Source of the DNA: an uncultured Acidimicrobiia bacterium
GTDB lineage: Bacteria > Acidobacteriota > Terriglobia > Versatilivoradales > Versatilivoraceae
Assembly (NCBI GenBank): GCA_963786955.1
Contig: CAWBAT010000005.1
Location: forward strand, 544,001 to 608,000
Length of the DNA: 64,000 nt
Direction of reading: 5' to 3'
The translations under genes were made by a program, and so were the position numbers. The notes under the pieces are model-generated. The model did not search any database. It was not told the origin of the DNA and worked only from the letters and a program-made list of their open reading frames with translations. Positions 1 through 10,133 of the stretch are shown here, piece by piece (positions within the stretch are counted from its first letter, which is position 1; each line of letters begins with the position of its first letter).

Positions 1-1
1 C

Positions 2-1096
2 AAACACGGCGTCGCGCCCCTGCCCAGTGACCAGGGAGCTACAAAGAAATTCTTTCCCGAACAGGTCTTCAAAGACACAGCAGCCATTTTTTTTGCCTTC
101 GTGATTTTATTTGTCATGGCTGTTGTCGCCAAAGTGCCCCTGGAAAGACTGGCAGACCCCACAGACACCAGTTATATTCCGCGCCCTGACTGGTATTTTC
201 TTTTCCTGTTCCAAACCTTGAAGTTGTTTGGGGGCTCGCTGGAGATTGTGGGGAGTGTGGCTTTACCGGGGCTTGCGGTCATGGCGCTGGTGTTGGTTCC
301 GTTCCTGGACCGAGGACAATTCAAAAGGTTGACACAACGAACGGTGGCCATCGGAGTCGTTACTTTCGCCCTGCTCGGCTGGACAGGCTTGACCCTGACC
401 GCGGTCATCACGACTCCAAAAGGTTCTGCGCCCTCGACGGAAGAAGAAGAGGTTGTCCAAGAATGGCAGCAGCTCTCACCGGAAGAACTGGCGGGGATTG
501 GCTACTTCCGCAAGGAACAGTGCTCCAGTTGTCACAATTTGGCGGACAAAACCCCCAAGGTTGGTCCCAATCTTGCGGCCACGACCATCCGGCGTTCTCC
601 GGCATGGATGATCGATCATTTTAAGAACCCCTCGAGGTTAGTCCCAGGCACTTCGATGCCCCCCATTGATCTCAACGATGAACAACTTGCGGCACTAGCG
701 TCCTTCTTGCTCAAGCTCTCTCCAAATAATGCTCAGATGCTCAATTCCGTGCCTGAGCCCCCCGTCGAAGGGGCGATGCTCTACAAAGCCAATCAATGCG
801 GAACCTGCCATCTGGTAAACGGGGAAGGGATGAAAATTGGCCCTGAGCTTAACGGGTTATACCTGCGTAGAACTAAAGAATGGGTACAGGAGCATCTCGG
901 CAATCCTCAAGCTCATACGCCTGATAGCCTCATGCCGAGTTACAAGCTGTCCCCGACCGATATGGACCGGCTCTTGACTTATCTATTTTCTATCCCCCGA
1001 ATTAAGCCATTTTCTATGGTCCAGCTAAGACGGAATGCCTCATCTGGGGTAAATATTCCAGCATTTAATGGGTATGGTCATGATAAGCCTGAATGA
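2..1096 (+). CDS. Cytochrome b (C-terminal/subunit IV-like part) fused to two cytochrome c domains; 5' truncated by window edge
   Basis: Frame is open from base 2 (KHG...FFPEQVFKD). PRPDWYFLF is the PEWY-like motif, followed by TM helices and two CxxCH motifs (CSSCH, CGTCH). Confidence 0.85.
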   Translation, partial: KHGVAPLPSDQGATKKFFPEQVFKDTAAIFFAFVILFVMAVVAKVPLERLADPTDTSYIPRPDWYFLFLFQTLKLFGGSLEIVGSVALPGLAVMALVLVPFLDRGQFKRLTQRTVAIGVVTFALLGWTGLTLTAVITTPKGSAPSTEEEEVVQEWQQLSPEELAGIGYFRKEQCSSCHNLADKTPKVGPNLAATTIRRSPAWMIDHFKNPSRLVPGTSMPPIDLNDEQLAALASFLLKLSPNNAQMLNSVPEPPVEGAMLYKANQCGTCHLVNGEGMKIGPELNGLYLRRTKEWVQEHLGNPQAHTPDSLMPSYKLSPTDMDRLLTYLFSIPRIKPFSMVQLRRNASSGVNIPAFNGYGHDKPE

Positions 1097-1150
1097 TTAT
1101 ATGGTAGCCGTCGGGAAGTTCCTCGGCGGGAAAGATAAGAGGGGAATGGT

Positions 1151-1558
1151 ATGACGAAAGGATTAAGGCCTTTTCTTTGGAGTCTTCTATTCGTTGCTTT
1201 GGCGTTAGGATGTGCTAGCAAGAGAGCCTATGCTCAAGACCCGGTCAAGGTTGCTCCCAAGAACGTTAAGGTTGTTTTTGAAAATGACAGGGTGAGGGTG
1301 ATCGAAGTTCGGATTAAGCCGGGAGAAAAGATACCGGTACATTCCCATCCGGCTAATGTGACCATCGCTTTAAGCGACTTCAAGGGAAAATGGATTTCAG
1401 ACGACGGCCAGCCCACGGTAAAGCAGTTTAAGGTCGATACCGTAGTTTGGTCTGAACCGATCACCCACGCGTCTGAAAATGTGGGATCCGCAGAAATCCA
1501 TGCCATCGCGATTGAATTGAAAGAGCCGCCTAAGAAAAACAAGCCGGCGGCCCGTTGA
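1151..1558 (+). CDS. Secreted cupin-domain protein
   Basis: Signal peptide; VVFENDRVRV...PGEKIPVHSHP...HASENVG cupin pattern. Confidence 0.8.
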   Translation: MTKGLRPFLWSLLFVALALGCASKRAYAQDPVKVAPKNVKVVFENDRVRVIEVRIKPGEKIPVHSHPANVTIALSDFKGKWISDDGQPTVKQFKVDTVVWSEPITHASENVGSAEIHAIAIELKEPPKKNKPAAR

Positions 1559-1623
1559 CAGAAGGTTTCGAGTGTTTTTCTGCTCGCCCCAACCCGCTCT
1601 TCGTTCAACAGTCTTTTCACTGA

Positions 1624-3828
1624 TCAGCGCAAGAAAGCTTCGACTAAGCCACCGTCAATCGGAATCAAATGGCCCGTCGTCCGGCTAGAACGCTCCCCTG
1701 CCAACCAACAAATGGCCTCGGCACAGTCTTCTGGACGTATCGGCAGGCCACTCAATGTCCGACGCGCGTAAAATTCAGCCAGTTTATTGCGCAACTCTTC
1801 GAGCGGCTCGGTCTCATCAAATGGGACTTGGTATTTCGTCAGCGAGCTGATGACTCGATCTTTCGGAAACATGGAGGAGCCTGCAACGACGGTCGCTGGC
1901 GAAATTCCGTTGACGCGGATGAGTGGGGCTAATCCGACGGCAAGTTCTCTCACCAGATGGCTGACCGCGCTCTTGCTGACATCATAGGCTTCGCTGCCGC
2001 GCTTAGGAACGATGGCATTGGCCGAGCTGGTTAAAATGATGCTTGTCGGAAGTCCCTGCTCTGTCATGACCTTTTGTGCTTCGTCCGCCAGGAGATAGTT
2101 GCCCGTGATATTAATGTCAAGGGTCAATCGCCATTTTTCATCGGGTAGATTGCCGTTCGGATCCGGCGCCACAAAAATGGCGGCTGTATTAACAATGCCA
2201 TCAAGGCCTCCAAAAAGCTGCACCGTTTGTCGGATGGCAGCGGCGATGCTCGCGCGCTGGGCCAAATTGACAGCACAGGAGGAGACTGCCTCTTTTGAAC
2301 CGAATCCGGCTGCCCGTTTCGCGGTGGCAGCCGCCGCTGATTCATCTAGATCCGCCACCATGATGTGTGCACCGCGTTCCGCCAACTTCAACGCCGTCTC
2401 CTGGCCGATCCCGCTTCCACCTCCAACTACCAGAAAGATTTTTCGGCTAAACTCTTTTTCCGGAGGCATGCGGCGCAGCTTGGCCTCCTCGAGAGCCCAA
2501 TACTCGATCCGGAAGGCTTCTCGATGAGGCAACGCCACATAGTTGTGAAAACTTGAGAAGTGTTTCGAATCTTCAAGTCTTCGAACCTGGGGATAACTCG
2601 GCGAGGGCAAAGCTCCTTCCCCCAGAGCCGTAGCGCCTGCCATGACATGAATCGCATTCACATAGAATTCTGCAGTAATGCGAGCCTCTTTCTTATCTTT
2701 CGCAAACGTAAACATTCCTAGCCCCGGGATTAAAACTACGGTGGGGTTCGGATCCCGCAGCGGCGGGGAATCTTGCTGGGCGTGAGAACGGTAATAGGTC
2801 TCATAGTCTTGCCGGTAGGCGTTCGCCCTCTGTGCAATCTTTTCTTTGAGGGTGTCCAGATCCTCTCTTTCCGAGTCCCAATTAACGTAAAGGGGACAGA
2901 TTTTGGTTCGTACAAAATGATCCGGGCAACTCGTTCCCAACTTTGCAAGCTCGGGAGCATCCGTTGAGTTGACAAACTGGATGACATCGGGCGAGTCGTT
3001 GTAATGCCCGATGCTCCGGCGCTTAGAGCCCAGTTTCCCCCTTAAAAACGGGAAGATCAAAGTCGCCAGCGCCCGAGCATTGGGCCGGGAAGAATGCTTT
3101 TGCCCTCCAAATAATCGCTCTCCCATTTTTTTTTCATGCTCGCCGACAAATTCCCCAAGCTCATCAATTATTTTCAAGCTGTTGCGGTAACACTGATGCT
3201 GGGTGTCCCCCCAGGTAAATAGGCCGTGACCTCCGAGGACGATTCCGTCGCAATCGGGTGTTTCCGTCACCGCCTTCTTGAGCATCAACCCTAATTCAAA
3301 TCCGGGGCGCTGCCAGGGAAGCCAGCTCAGTTTGTGGTGAAAGCGCCGATTGAATTCCTCCATTTTCTCCCGGCCGTTGGCGCTGGCTGCCAGGGCTATC
3401 GCCCAATCCGGATGGAGATGATCCACATGCGGAAACGGGAGGAATGCATGCAGCGGGGTGTCAATTGAAGGAGCGACTCGGTTAATCCCGAATGCGACAA
3501 GAGAATAGTAAGACACCATCTCATCTTCGTGGAGTTCCCCACGATAGACCGATTGGAGCTGTTCCAGCCGATCCAAATAGAGAATCGCAAATCCCTCTTT
3601 GTTGCTACTGCCAAGATCACCGCCACTCCCTTTGACTGCCAGCACTCGAACAGGGTGACCCGTAATAGGATCTGGAAGTTCAAACTTGGAGCTGGTATTT
3701 CCTCCTCCAAAGTTAGTAATCCGCAAATCAGATCCTAGTAAGTTTGACCGATAGCGCAAGAGGTCCAGAGGATCGTGTTGCATTTTTTCAGTTGCTGCTA
3801 CATCCCAGTGATCTTTCAAATGCTTCAT
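1624..3828 (-). CDS. rhaD: Bifunctional rhamnulose-1-phosphate aldolase / short-chain dehydrogenase (RhaEW type)
   Basis: Class II aldolase motifs (NFGGGNTSSK, PSIDTPLH, HLHPD, SCPDHF) plus C-terminal SDR (GGGSGIG, YDVSK); sits in a rhamnose cluster. Confidence 0.9.
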   Translation of the reverse strand: MKHLKDHWDVAATEKMQHDPLDLLRYRSNLLGSDLRITNFGGGNTSSKFELPDPITGHPVRVLAVKGSGGDLGSSNKEGFAILYLDRLEQLQSVYRGELHEDEMVSYYSLVAFGINRVAPSIDTPLHAFLPFPHVDHLHPDWAIALAASANGREKMEEFNRRFHHKLSWLPWQRPGFELGLMLKKAVTETPDCDGIVLGGHGLFTWGDTQHQCYRNSLKIIDELGEFVGEHEKKMGERLFGGQKHSSRPNARALATLIFPFLRGKLGSKRRSIGHYNDSPDVIQFVNSTDAPELAKLGTSCPDHFVRTKICPLYVNWDSEREDLDTLKEKIAQRANAYRQDYETYYRSHAQQDSPPLRDPNPTVVLIPGLGMFTFAKDKKEARITAEFYVNAIHVMAGATALGEGALPSPSYPQVRRLEDSKHFSSFHNYVALPHREAFRIEYWALEEAKLRRMPPEKEFSRKIFLVVGGGSGIGQETALKLAERGAHIMVADLDESAAAATAKRAAGFGSKEAVSSCAVNLAQRASIAAAIRQTVQLFGGLDGIVNTAAIFVAPDPNGNLPDEKWRLTLDINITGNYLLADEAQKVMTEQGLPTSIILTSSANAIVPKRGSEAYDVSKSAVSHLVRELAVGLAPLIRVNGISPATVVAGSSMFPKDRVISSLTKYQVPFDETEPLEELRNKLAEFYARRTLSGLPIRPEDCAEAICWLAGERSSRTTGHLIPIDGGLVEAFLR

Positions 3829-3884
3829 TTTTATTCTTCTCCGGATTGGTGTGATTGGCAGGGGCAAAGCATTTGCCGCAACGA

Positions 3885-4061
3885 CCCCCCTCAAGTCCCC
3901 CCTTGTGCAAGGGGGGACGACTACTGTCAGCCGAAATTCAAGAACTCAAGCCTGTTTCGAAGCACAGGGTTTAGGAGTCTCTACCGATCTGACAGGGCTA
4001 ACCAGAACCGCAACTAAAACCAAAATGTCCCTCCTTGCACAAGGGGGGACTCCAGGGGGGT
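3885..4061. repeat. Paired palindromic REP/MITE-like element
   Basis: CCCCCCTCAAGTCCCCCCTTGTGCAAGGGGGGAC and its inverted mate GTCCCTCCTTGCACAAGGGGGGACTCCAGGGGGG; related arms at ~22181-22330 and ~47125. Confidence 0.75.
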
Positions 4062-4134
4062 GAAGACCCAGCAACTGACTGAAGAACTCGCGTTAGCGCT
4101 GAAAGCTTCGCCCAGAAAACCCCGGGCCGTTTGT

Positions 4135-5136
4135 TTAGAAATCATAGTGATCGATGTTGTTCTGATCAAACACAATAGGGCTTCCAAGAATGAGCTGCAC
4201 GCCCTCGACTTTTACCTCTCCAAGCCGCCCCGCCTTGAATGTAGAGGCCCCGGGTAGGATTTCTCCTTTGATGGCCGCGTTGGCCACATAAACCGTCAGA
4301 AAGCCTAGATCGATGGGATTCCAGAGCACGAAGCTTTTGACCGTTCCATCCTTCACGTATTCCTTCATCACGTTTGGAGTGGACACACCTGTCAGAAAGA
4401 CGCGATCTGCTGCACGGGCCTTTCGCAGAGCCTCAGCAGCGCCTGGCAAAGCGACGGAGGTCATACCAAACATTCCAGTCATGCTGGGATAAGCCTTTAA
4501 TGAATCAACGGCCACCTGAGTGGCCATCGCTTGATCTTCTTGGGAAACTTTGGGAGTCGCCGAAAGATCGGTCATTTGAGGATATGTAGAGAGCCGGTAC
4601 TTCTCCATTTCAGCCATCCAGATATTTTGATTTGCAGCCGTCAAAGACCCGGTAATGATGAGGTATTTGGTTTGTTTTCCGGCACCTTTCGCCATGACAT
4701 CCATCAGTGCCTTTGCCAGAGACTCGGGAGTGCATTGGTTGACGAAGAAATCTCGCGCATCCACACGAGCATCCGAATCCCAAGTAATCACTTTGATTCC
4801 GCGCTTTCGTGCCTTAGCAAGGACTGGGCCAATGGCTTCCGGGTCATTGGGGGCGATGGCGATGGCATCATACTTCTTGGCAATCCAGGTCTCGACCATT
4901 TGAGCCTGCAGGGTGACATCATTGGTTACCGGACCATCATAATCAACATGAATACCCAAGGTCGAACCGGCTTCCTGAATCCCTTTTTCTGCTGCATTAA
5001 AGAAAGCAATCCCCTTTAACTTTGGCATCACTCCGATCGTGATCACTTTGCCTGTTATCGGCTTAGGGCCTTGGCTTTGAGTACAAGCCGCCAGAATGAC
5101 AACCGCCAGAATGGAAGAGACCCCAATACGTTTCAT
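4135..5136 (-). CDS. Rhamnose-type sugar ABC transporter substrate-binding lipoprotein
   Basis: Lipobox LAAC; PBP1 RhaS/LsrB-like motifs (MPKLKGIAFF, VITWDSD, AANQNIW, LWNPIDLG). Confidence 0.85.
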   Translation of the reverse strand: MKRIGVSSILAVVILAACTQSQGPKPITGKVITIGVMPKLKGIAFFNAAEKGIQEAGSTLGIHVDYDGPVTNDVTLQAQMVETWIAKKYDAIAIAPNDPEAIGPVLAKARKRGIKVITWDSDARVDARDFFVNQCTPESLAKALMDVMAKGAGKQTKYLIITGSLTAANQNIWMAEMEKYRLSTYPQMTDLSATPKVSQEDQAMATQVAVDSLKAYPSMTGMFGMTSVALPGAAEALRKARAADRVFLTGVSTPNVMKEYVKDGTVKSFVLWNPIDLGFLTVYVANAAIKGEILPGASTFKAGRLGEVKVEGVQLILGSPIVFDQNNIDHYDF

Positions 5137-5218
5137 TTTCACCCGCTCCTTTATGCCAACCTCATCATTAACTTGGGAAAGTGTGTCTCAAGCGCCCACC
5201 CGGTGCATCGTCCCATGG

Positions 5219-6565
5219 CTAACTCTTCACTCTCTCCTGTTGATAATCCCAGGCAACCACCCGTTTTTGTTGATAGGAGAGATTGACCAAATGCGCGACG
5301 GCTGCGGCACGATGCCCTGTGAGCGCATCCTCAAACGGCTGCCGCCGCTGCCGGACGCATTCAAAGAATTGTTCCAGGTGAGCCACGACGGCCTCTTTCC
5401 CGTCCTCTTCCCAGCGTTCCATTCCCAGGGAAACCTTGGGAAGCCAACTCGAGGCCACTTCGGCTTTGAGCACTTTCGGATCTTGATAATACGCTTCTTG
5501 TAATTTTTTCGGCCAGCTCTCGACAATCCAGCGATTGTCCTCGTGGGTGTGTTCAGGATAGAAAGTCAGACCGCCTCCACCCAGGACCAGGCTTCCCTCA
5601 GTCCCAAGAATCTGAAACCCTTGCTCTCCTCCCGAAAGCTGATTGTTAAATGTGGAACTCAGATTGACTGTGAACCCTTCTGGATATTCCAGCACGGCAT
5701 TGAGCGTATCCGGCACCTCGCGGCTGTCTTTCCATCGATAAAGCGACCCGAGAGCAACGGTGCTTTGTGGCGCCTTGGCGTTCATCAAAAAATGGATGGT
5801 GGTGGCGAGATGGACAAACAGGTCCGTGGCAATCCCTCCGGAATAGTCCCAATAGCATCTCCATCGAAAAAAGCGTGCAGGATCGTAGGGCCTCGATTGC
5901 GCCATCCCCAAAAACATTTCCCAATTCACGGTTTGAGGCGAAGCATCTGGAGGAATCGGATAAATCCAGGCTCCGCCAGCTGTGTTGCGGTTATAAGAGG
6001 CCCGAAGCAAGGTAATCTGCCCCAGCCTCCCGGACTCGATGAGTTCCTTAGCTTTTTGTTGAATCTTGCTACTGATACCCTGACTTCCTACCTGCAGGAT
6101 CCTGTCCCCCTTTTTCACTTCTGCGATAATTTCCACTCCCTCATCAATGGTATAGGTCAAGGGTTTCTCGACATAGATGTCTTTGCCTGCTTTAAGGGCT
6201 TCCACAACCATCGTTTTGTGCCAGTGATCCGGGGTCGCAATGATGACCGCATCAATCCCTTTATCCCCCAAAATAGCATGATAGTCTGAATAGATTTTGG
6301 CTCGTCCTCGAGTCCGTTCAACCGCTCTCTCCAAGCGACCTTGATAGGCATCGCAAACCGCCACGATCTCCGTCCCTGGAAGGGTTTGAATAACGCGCAG
6401 CAGCTCATGAGCCCGGGCGCCGACTCCGATCATCCCCACGGTAATTCGATCGTTGGGAGACTCTTGAGCCGAAAGCATTTCCCAACCTGCCAGCTTTGCC
6501 GCCACTCCTATGGAAGCGCTTCTCTTCAAGAATTGTCGTCGATGCAAACCTGGATTGTTCACCAT
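5219..6565 (-). CDS. Gfo/Idh/MocA family oxidoreductase with Tat-like signal
   Basis: HRRQFL twin-arginine; GMIGVG; IATPDHWH; YVEKP; AGGAGG RBS upstream. Confidence 0.9.
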   Translation of the reverse strand: MVNNPGLHRRQFLKRSASIGVAAKLAGWEMLSAQESPNDRITVGMIGVGARAHELLRVIQTLPGTEIVAVCDAYQGRLERAVERTRGRAKIYSDYHAILGDKGIDAVIIATPDHWHKTMVVEALKAGKDIYVEKPLTYTIDEGVEIIAEVKKGDRILQVGSQGISSKIQQKAKELIESGRLGQITLLRASYNRNTAGGAWIYPIPPDASPQTVNWEMFLGMAQSRPYDPARFFRWRCYWDYSGGIATDLFVHLATTIHFLMNAKAPQSTVALGSLYRWKDSREVPDTLNAVLEYPEGFTVNLSSTFNNQLSGGEQGFQILGTEGSLVLGGGGLTFYPEHTHEDNRWIVESWPKKLQEAYYQDPKVLKAEVASSWLPKVSLGMERWEEDGKEAVVAHLEQFFECVRQRRQPFEDALTGHRAAAVAHLVNLSYQQKRVVAWDYQQERVKS

Positions 6566-7542
6566 AATCGTTTTCCTCCTTTTCCTGAAAGCCACTCATT
6601 CAGAACTGCCGTCACAATGAGAAGGATACCCACGAAAATAATCAGACGCTGCGAGGGTATCCCCGCCATCTCCAAACCATAGCGAAGAACTCCAATGATC
6701 AACAAGCCTAGAATGGTCCCGATGACAGTTCCCCGTCCGCCGCTGATGCGCGTTCCTCCGACCACCACACAGGCAATCGCTTCCAGTTCCATTCCACGCC
6801 CCGCTTCTGGCCGAGCCGTTGCATATAAAGAAGTATAAAACACGGAAGCGATGCCACAGATCCCTCCAGCCATGGTGTAGAGAACCCATTTTAAAAATCG
6901 AACATCAATGGCTGCGAAGCGGGCAGCCACTTCATTTTCGCCTATGCATTCCGCATAGCGCCCTACCCAGGATCGACGCATGATGACCCAACCGGCCAAC
7001 GAAACCGCGAGCAAGGCCAGCAGCGGCGCTGGGAAAACAATATCATCCCGATTCCCGAAATGAACCTGAAAAAAGTCACCTTGCCCCAGCGATTGAAACG
7101 GGGCGGGGAAATTGCCGATAGGGCGGGCCTGGCTGAGTGCCAGCGCGATCCCGCTATAAAGGGCCATGGTTGCTAAGGTCACTACGAGAGGAGGAATCTT
7201 CAGGTAACTGCTCACGCCGCCATTGAACGCCCCGGCCAAGATGCCCGTGACAACAGCCGCAAGAGAAGCCAGTGCGATCGGCCAACCAGCATCTCGAAAG
7301 AGCAGTCCCAGAACAATTCCGCACATTCCCAGGATGGAACCCACGGAAAGATCGATCCCCCCGGTTGCGATGATTAGAGTCATGGGGACCGCAATCATCC
7401 CCGGGACCACCCAATAGCGGGAACGCTCCACCACATTGACCCAATCGGAGAATCCCTCTACCCAGAAGGAGAAGAACAGGCATAAGCTTATCAAGATCAA
7501 CACCAGAACCGTTTCTCTGGAGGCCAGGATCCGCGGAATCAT
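6559..7542 (-). CDS. Sugar ABC transporter permease
   Basis: GGIDLSVGS, IGENEVAARFAAI, ELEAIACVVVGG motifs of the RbsC family. Confidence 0.9.
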   Translation of the reverse strand: MIPRILASRETVLVLILISLCLFFSFWVEGFSDWVNVVERSRYWVVPGMIAVPMTLIIATGGIDLSVGSILGMCGIVLGLLFRDAGWPIALASLAAVVTGILAGAFNGGVSSYLKIPPLVVTLATMALYSGIALALSQARPIGNFPAPFQSLGQGDFFQVHFGNRDDIVFPAPLLALLAVSLAGWVIMRRSWVGRYAECIGENEVAARFAAIDVRFLKWVLYTMAGGICGIASVFYTSLYATARPEAGRGMELEAIACVVVGGTRISGGRGTVIGTILGLLIIGVLRYGLEMAGIPSQRLIIFVGILLIVTAVLNEWLSGKGGKRLW

Positions 7543-10022
7543 TTCCGTGTCCCCCTCAGTTTGTCGAAAATGACATCCACGATCATCGCCACGAGGATCA
7601 ACGCTCCGACAAAGATGTTTTGCCAATACGAGCTGGCCCCAGTCAGTATTAAAATGTTGTAGAGCAACGAAACCAAAAAAGCACCTGGCAATACTCCCAG
7701 AGCAGATCCACGCCCTCCGGAGATACTCGTCCCTCCAATGACCGCAGCGGCAATGGCCCTGAGTTCCATGCCCTCCCCAGTATTGGATTGAATTTTTCCG
7801 TAATAGGCTGCATGCAGGACTGAAGCGAGTCCCGTCAAAAGCCCGCACAAACCAAAAACCAGCAGTGTTAGGCGATTCTTAGAAAGGCCGAGGAGGCGGG
7901 AAGCGCTTTCCGAATTGCCCAAAGCCAAAACCTTCCTCCCGGACAGCGTATACCGGATAAAGAGATGAGCGAGAAACGTGATCAGCACCAGGTAGAAGAC
8001 AAGCTTCGGAATCCCGAATAGATATCCATCTGCTAAGGCTCGGTACGAAACTGGCAATTGTTCAATTTCCCGCCCCCCTGTGACGACCTGCATGACTCCT
8101 CGATAAATACTGATTCCGGCAAGAGTCACAATGATTGGATGGATGCGTGCCAATAGAGAGATGCCACCGTTGAGCAAACCACAAGCCGCTCCCAGCCCCA
8201 AAGCCACGAGCAAACACAGAAGCGGCGGGAGCCCCGCATTCGCAGCCATGGCCGACAACGCGCCGACCAGACCCATCATGGATCCCACAGAAATATCAAT
8301 TCCCCCGGCCGAGATCACGAGCATGGCGCCCTGAGCCATGATGGCAGGCAGGGCAGTGCTCGCCAACACGTCATAGAAATTCGTGAGAGTGGCAAACTCG
8401 CGGGGCTTTAGGAACGCGGTGATCACAGAAAGCATCAAAATAAAACCGACCAGGCTGATTTCTCGCAAATGAACCCACGGCGCAGCTCTTCCAGAGACTT
8501 TGGCGGATCCAGCTTTTTCTCCCGAATTGGCCCGCGGCACAGCCGCAGCCGCCACAGTTTCTGGGGAGTCTATTCGAGGATTAAACGTTCCCGTCAAGCG
8601 GCCTTCCGACAAGGTGATCACCCGATCGCTCATCGCCAGGACCTCTGGCAAATCCGAACTGATCAACAAAATTCCGACTCCTGACTCAGCCAGATCACAA
8701 ATCAATCGATGAATCTCCGCTCGAGCTCCGACGTCGACGCCGCGAGTCGGCTCATCCAGGAGGATGATCTTAGGGTGCGTGGCTAGCCAACGTCCAAACA
8801 CTACCTTTTGCTGGTTCCCTCCACTGAGCGTGCCGATAGGTTGTTCCGCGGAAGCAGCCCGTACCTGCATGGATTCCATGACTTCTGCAGTCATGGATTT
8901 TTCTTGTCCTTCAGAAACCCAGCCCCAGCGAGAGAGACTGGGCAGGACTGTCACACTGGCGTTCGTCCGAACAGAATGCCCTCGAAAAACTCCTTGCACC
9001 AAGCGATCTTCCGGAAGATAGGCCAACCCTGCCTCCACAGCCTGGCGAGGCGATTGAATACTTACCGAAAGTCCGTCGATCGAGATTTGTCCGGCAGCGC
9101 ATGGACGCAATCCAAAAAGCGCTTGGGCCAATTCCGAACGGCCGGCCCCAACAAAACCATAAAGGCCAACAATTTCTCCGGCTCGGACTTCAAAGGAGAC
9201 TTCCCGGAATGACCCATTGTCACTGCTTGCCCCCTCAACCTGTAACCGGATTGCACCGATGGGCACTGGCCTTTTGCAAAATACTTCTGAAAGCTCCCGT
9301 CCGACGATAGCATTGACCATCCGATCCATCGTCAGATTTGCGACCGGCAGGGTCTCCACCATTTCACCGTCACGCAAGATCGTGACCCGATCACAAATCT
9401 CTAAAATCTCTTCCAAGCGATGACTCACATATACGATGCCGACGCCGGAATCCCGGAGTCGGCGAATCTGCCGAAATAGGTTCTCAATCTCTTTTAGGGT
9501 CAAGGAGGAAGTCGGTTCGTCCAGGCAGAGGATGCGAGCCCTCTCTGAAATGGCAGCCGCAATTTCCGCAACCATACGCCTGGCGATCGGAAGTTCACCA
9601 GCCCTTTGTCGAACGTCAAAAGATTCCCCCATAGCCGATATCTCCTGGGAGGCTTTCCCGTAAGTACCTTGCCAGGAGATCAGGCCGATTAAACCCCTCA
9701 CCAGTCCGTGAGCCAGCAACATATTTTCGGCGACGCTCAATTCGGCGAAAAGATCCGCCTCCTGGTGGACTACCGCAATACCCGCTGCAGCGGCTTGGCG
9801 GGGATTGGAGAACCGGAGAAGCTTTCCATCCAGCCGGATCTCCCCTGAGTCTGGAGAGAATACGCCGGTCGCGATGTTGACTAGTGTGCTTTTGCCGGCC
9901 CCGTTTTCGCCAATGAGACCGAGAACTTCGCCGGCTCGAACTTCCAGGTCCACTGCCCGAAGGGCTAAGACTCCTCCAAAACTTTTGTGAATTTGAGACA
10001 GCCTGAGGAGAGGGTGGGTCAT
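7539..10022 (-). CDS. Fused sugar ABC ATPase (two NBDs) plus permease
   Basis: GENGAGKST, LDEPT twice and LSGGNQQKV, followed in frame by permease motifs GGIDISVGS and ELRAIAAAVIGG. Confidence 0.88.
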   Translation of the reverse strand: MTHPLLRLSQIHKSFGGVLALRAVDLEVRAGEVLGLIGENGAGKSTLVNIATGVFSPDSGEIRLDGKLLRFSNPRQAAAAGIAVVHQEADLFAELSVAENMLLAHGLVRGLIGLISWQGTYGKASQEISAMGESFDVRQRAGELPIARRMVAEIAAAISERARILCLDEPTSSLTLKEIENLFRQIRRLRDSGVGIVYVSHRLEEILEICDRVTILRDGEMVETLPVANLTMDRMVNAIVGRELSEVFCKRPVPIGAIRLQVEGASSDNGSFREVSFEVRAGEIVGLYGFVGAGRSELAQALFGLRPCAAGQISIDGLSVSIQSPRQAVEAGLAYLPEDRLVQGVFRGHSVRTNASVTVLPSLSRWGWVSEGQEKSMTAEVMESMQVRAASAEQPIGTLSGGNQQKVVFGRWLATHPKIILLDEPTRGVDVGARAEIHRLICDLAESGVGILLISSDLPEVLAMSDRVITLSEGRLTGTFNPRIDSPETVAAAAVPRANSGEKAGSAKVSGRAAPWVHLREISLVGFILMLSVITAFLKPREFATLTNFYDVLASTALPAIMAQGAMLVISAGGIDISVGSMMGLVGALSAMAANAGLPPLLCLLVALGLGAACGLLNGGISLLARIHPIIVTLAGISIYRGVMQVVTGGREIEQLPVSYRALADGYLFGIPKLVFYLVLITFLAHLFIRYTLSGRKVLALGNSESASRLLGLSKNRLTLLVFGLCGLLTGLASVLHAAYYGKIQSNTGEGMELRAIAAAVIGGTSISGGRGSALGVLPGAFLVSLLYNILILTGASSYWQNIFVGALILVAMIVDVIFDKLRGTRK

Positions 10023-10133
10023 GAGGGAGGTCAAGGGGCGCTCCGGGATGAAGACGGGATGAAGCTGGTTCTCGGGCGTCCGGGAGCAGGGCATTGAGTG
10101 AGCGCAGCACGGTGTAGCCAGTGCCTGGATGAA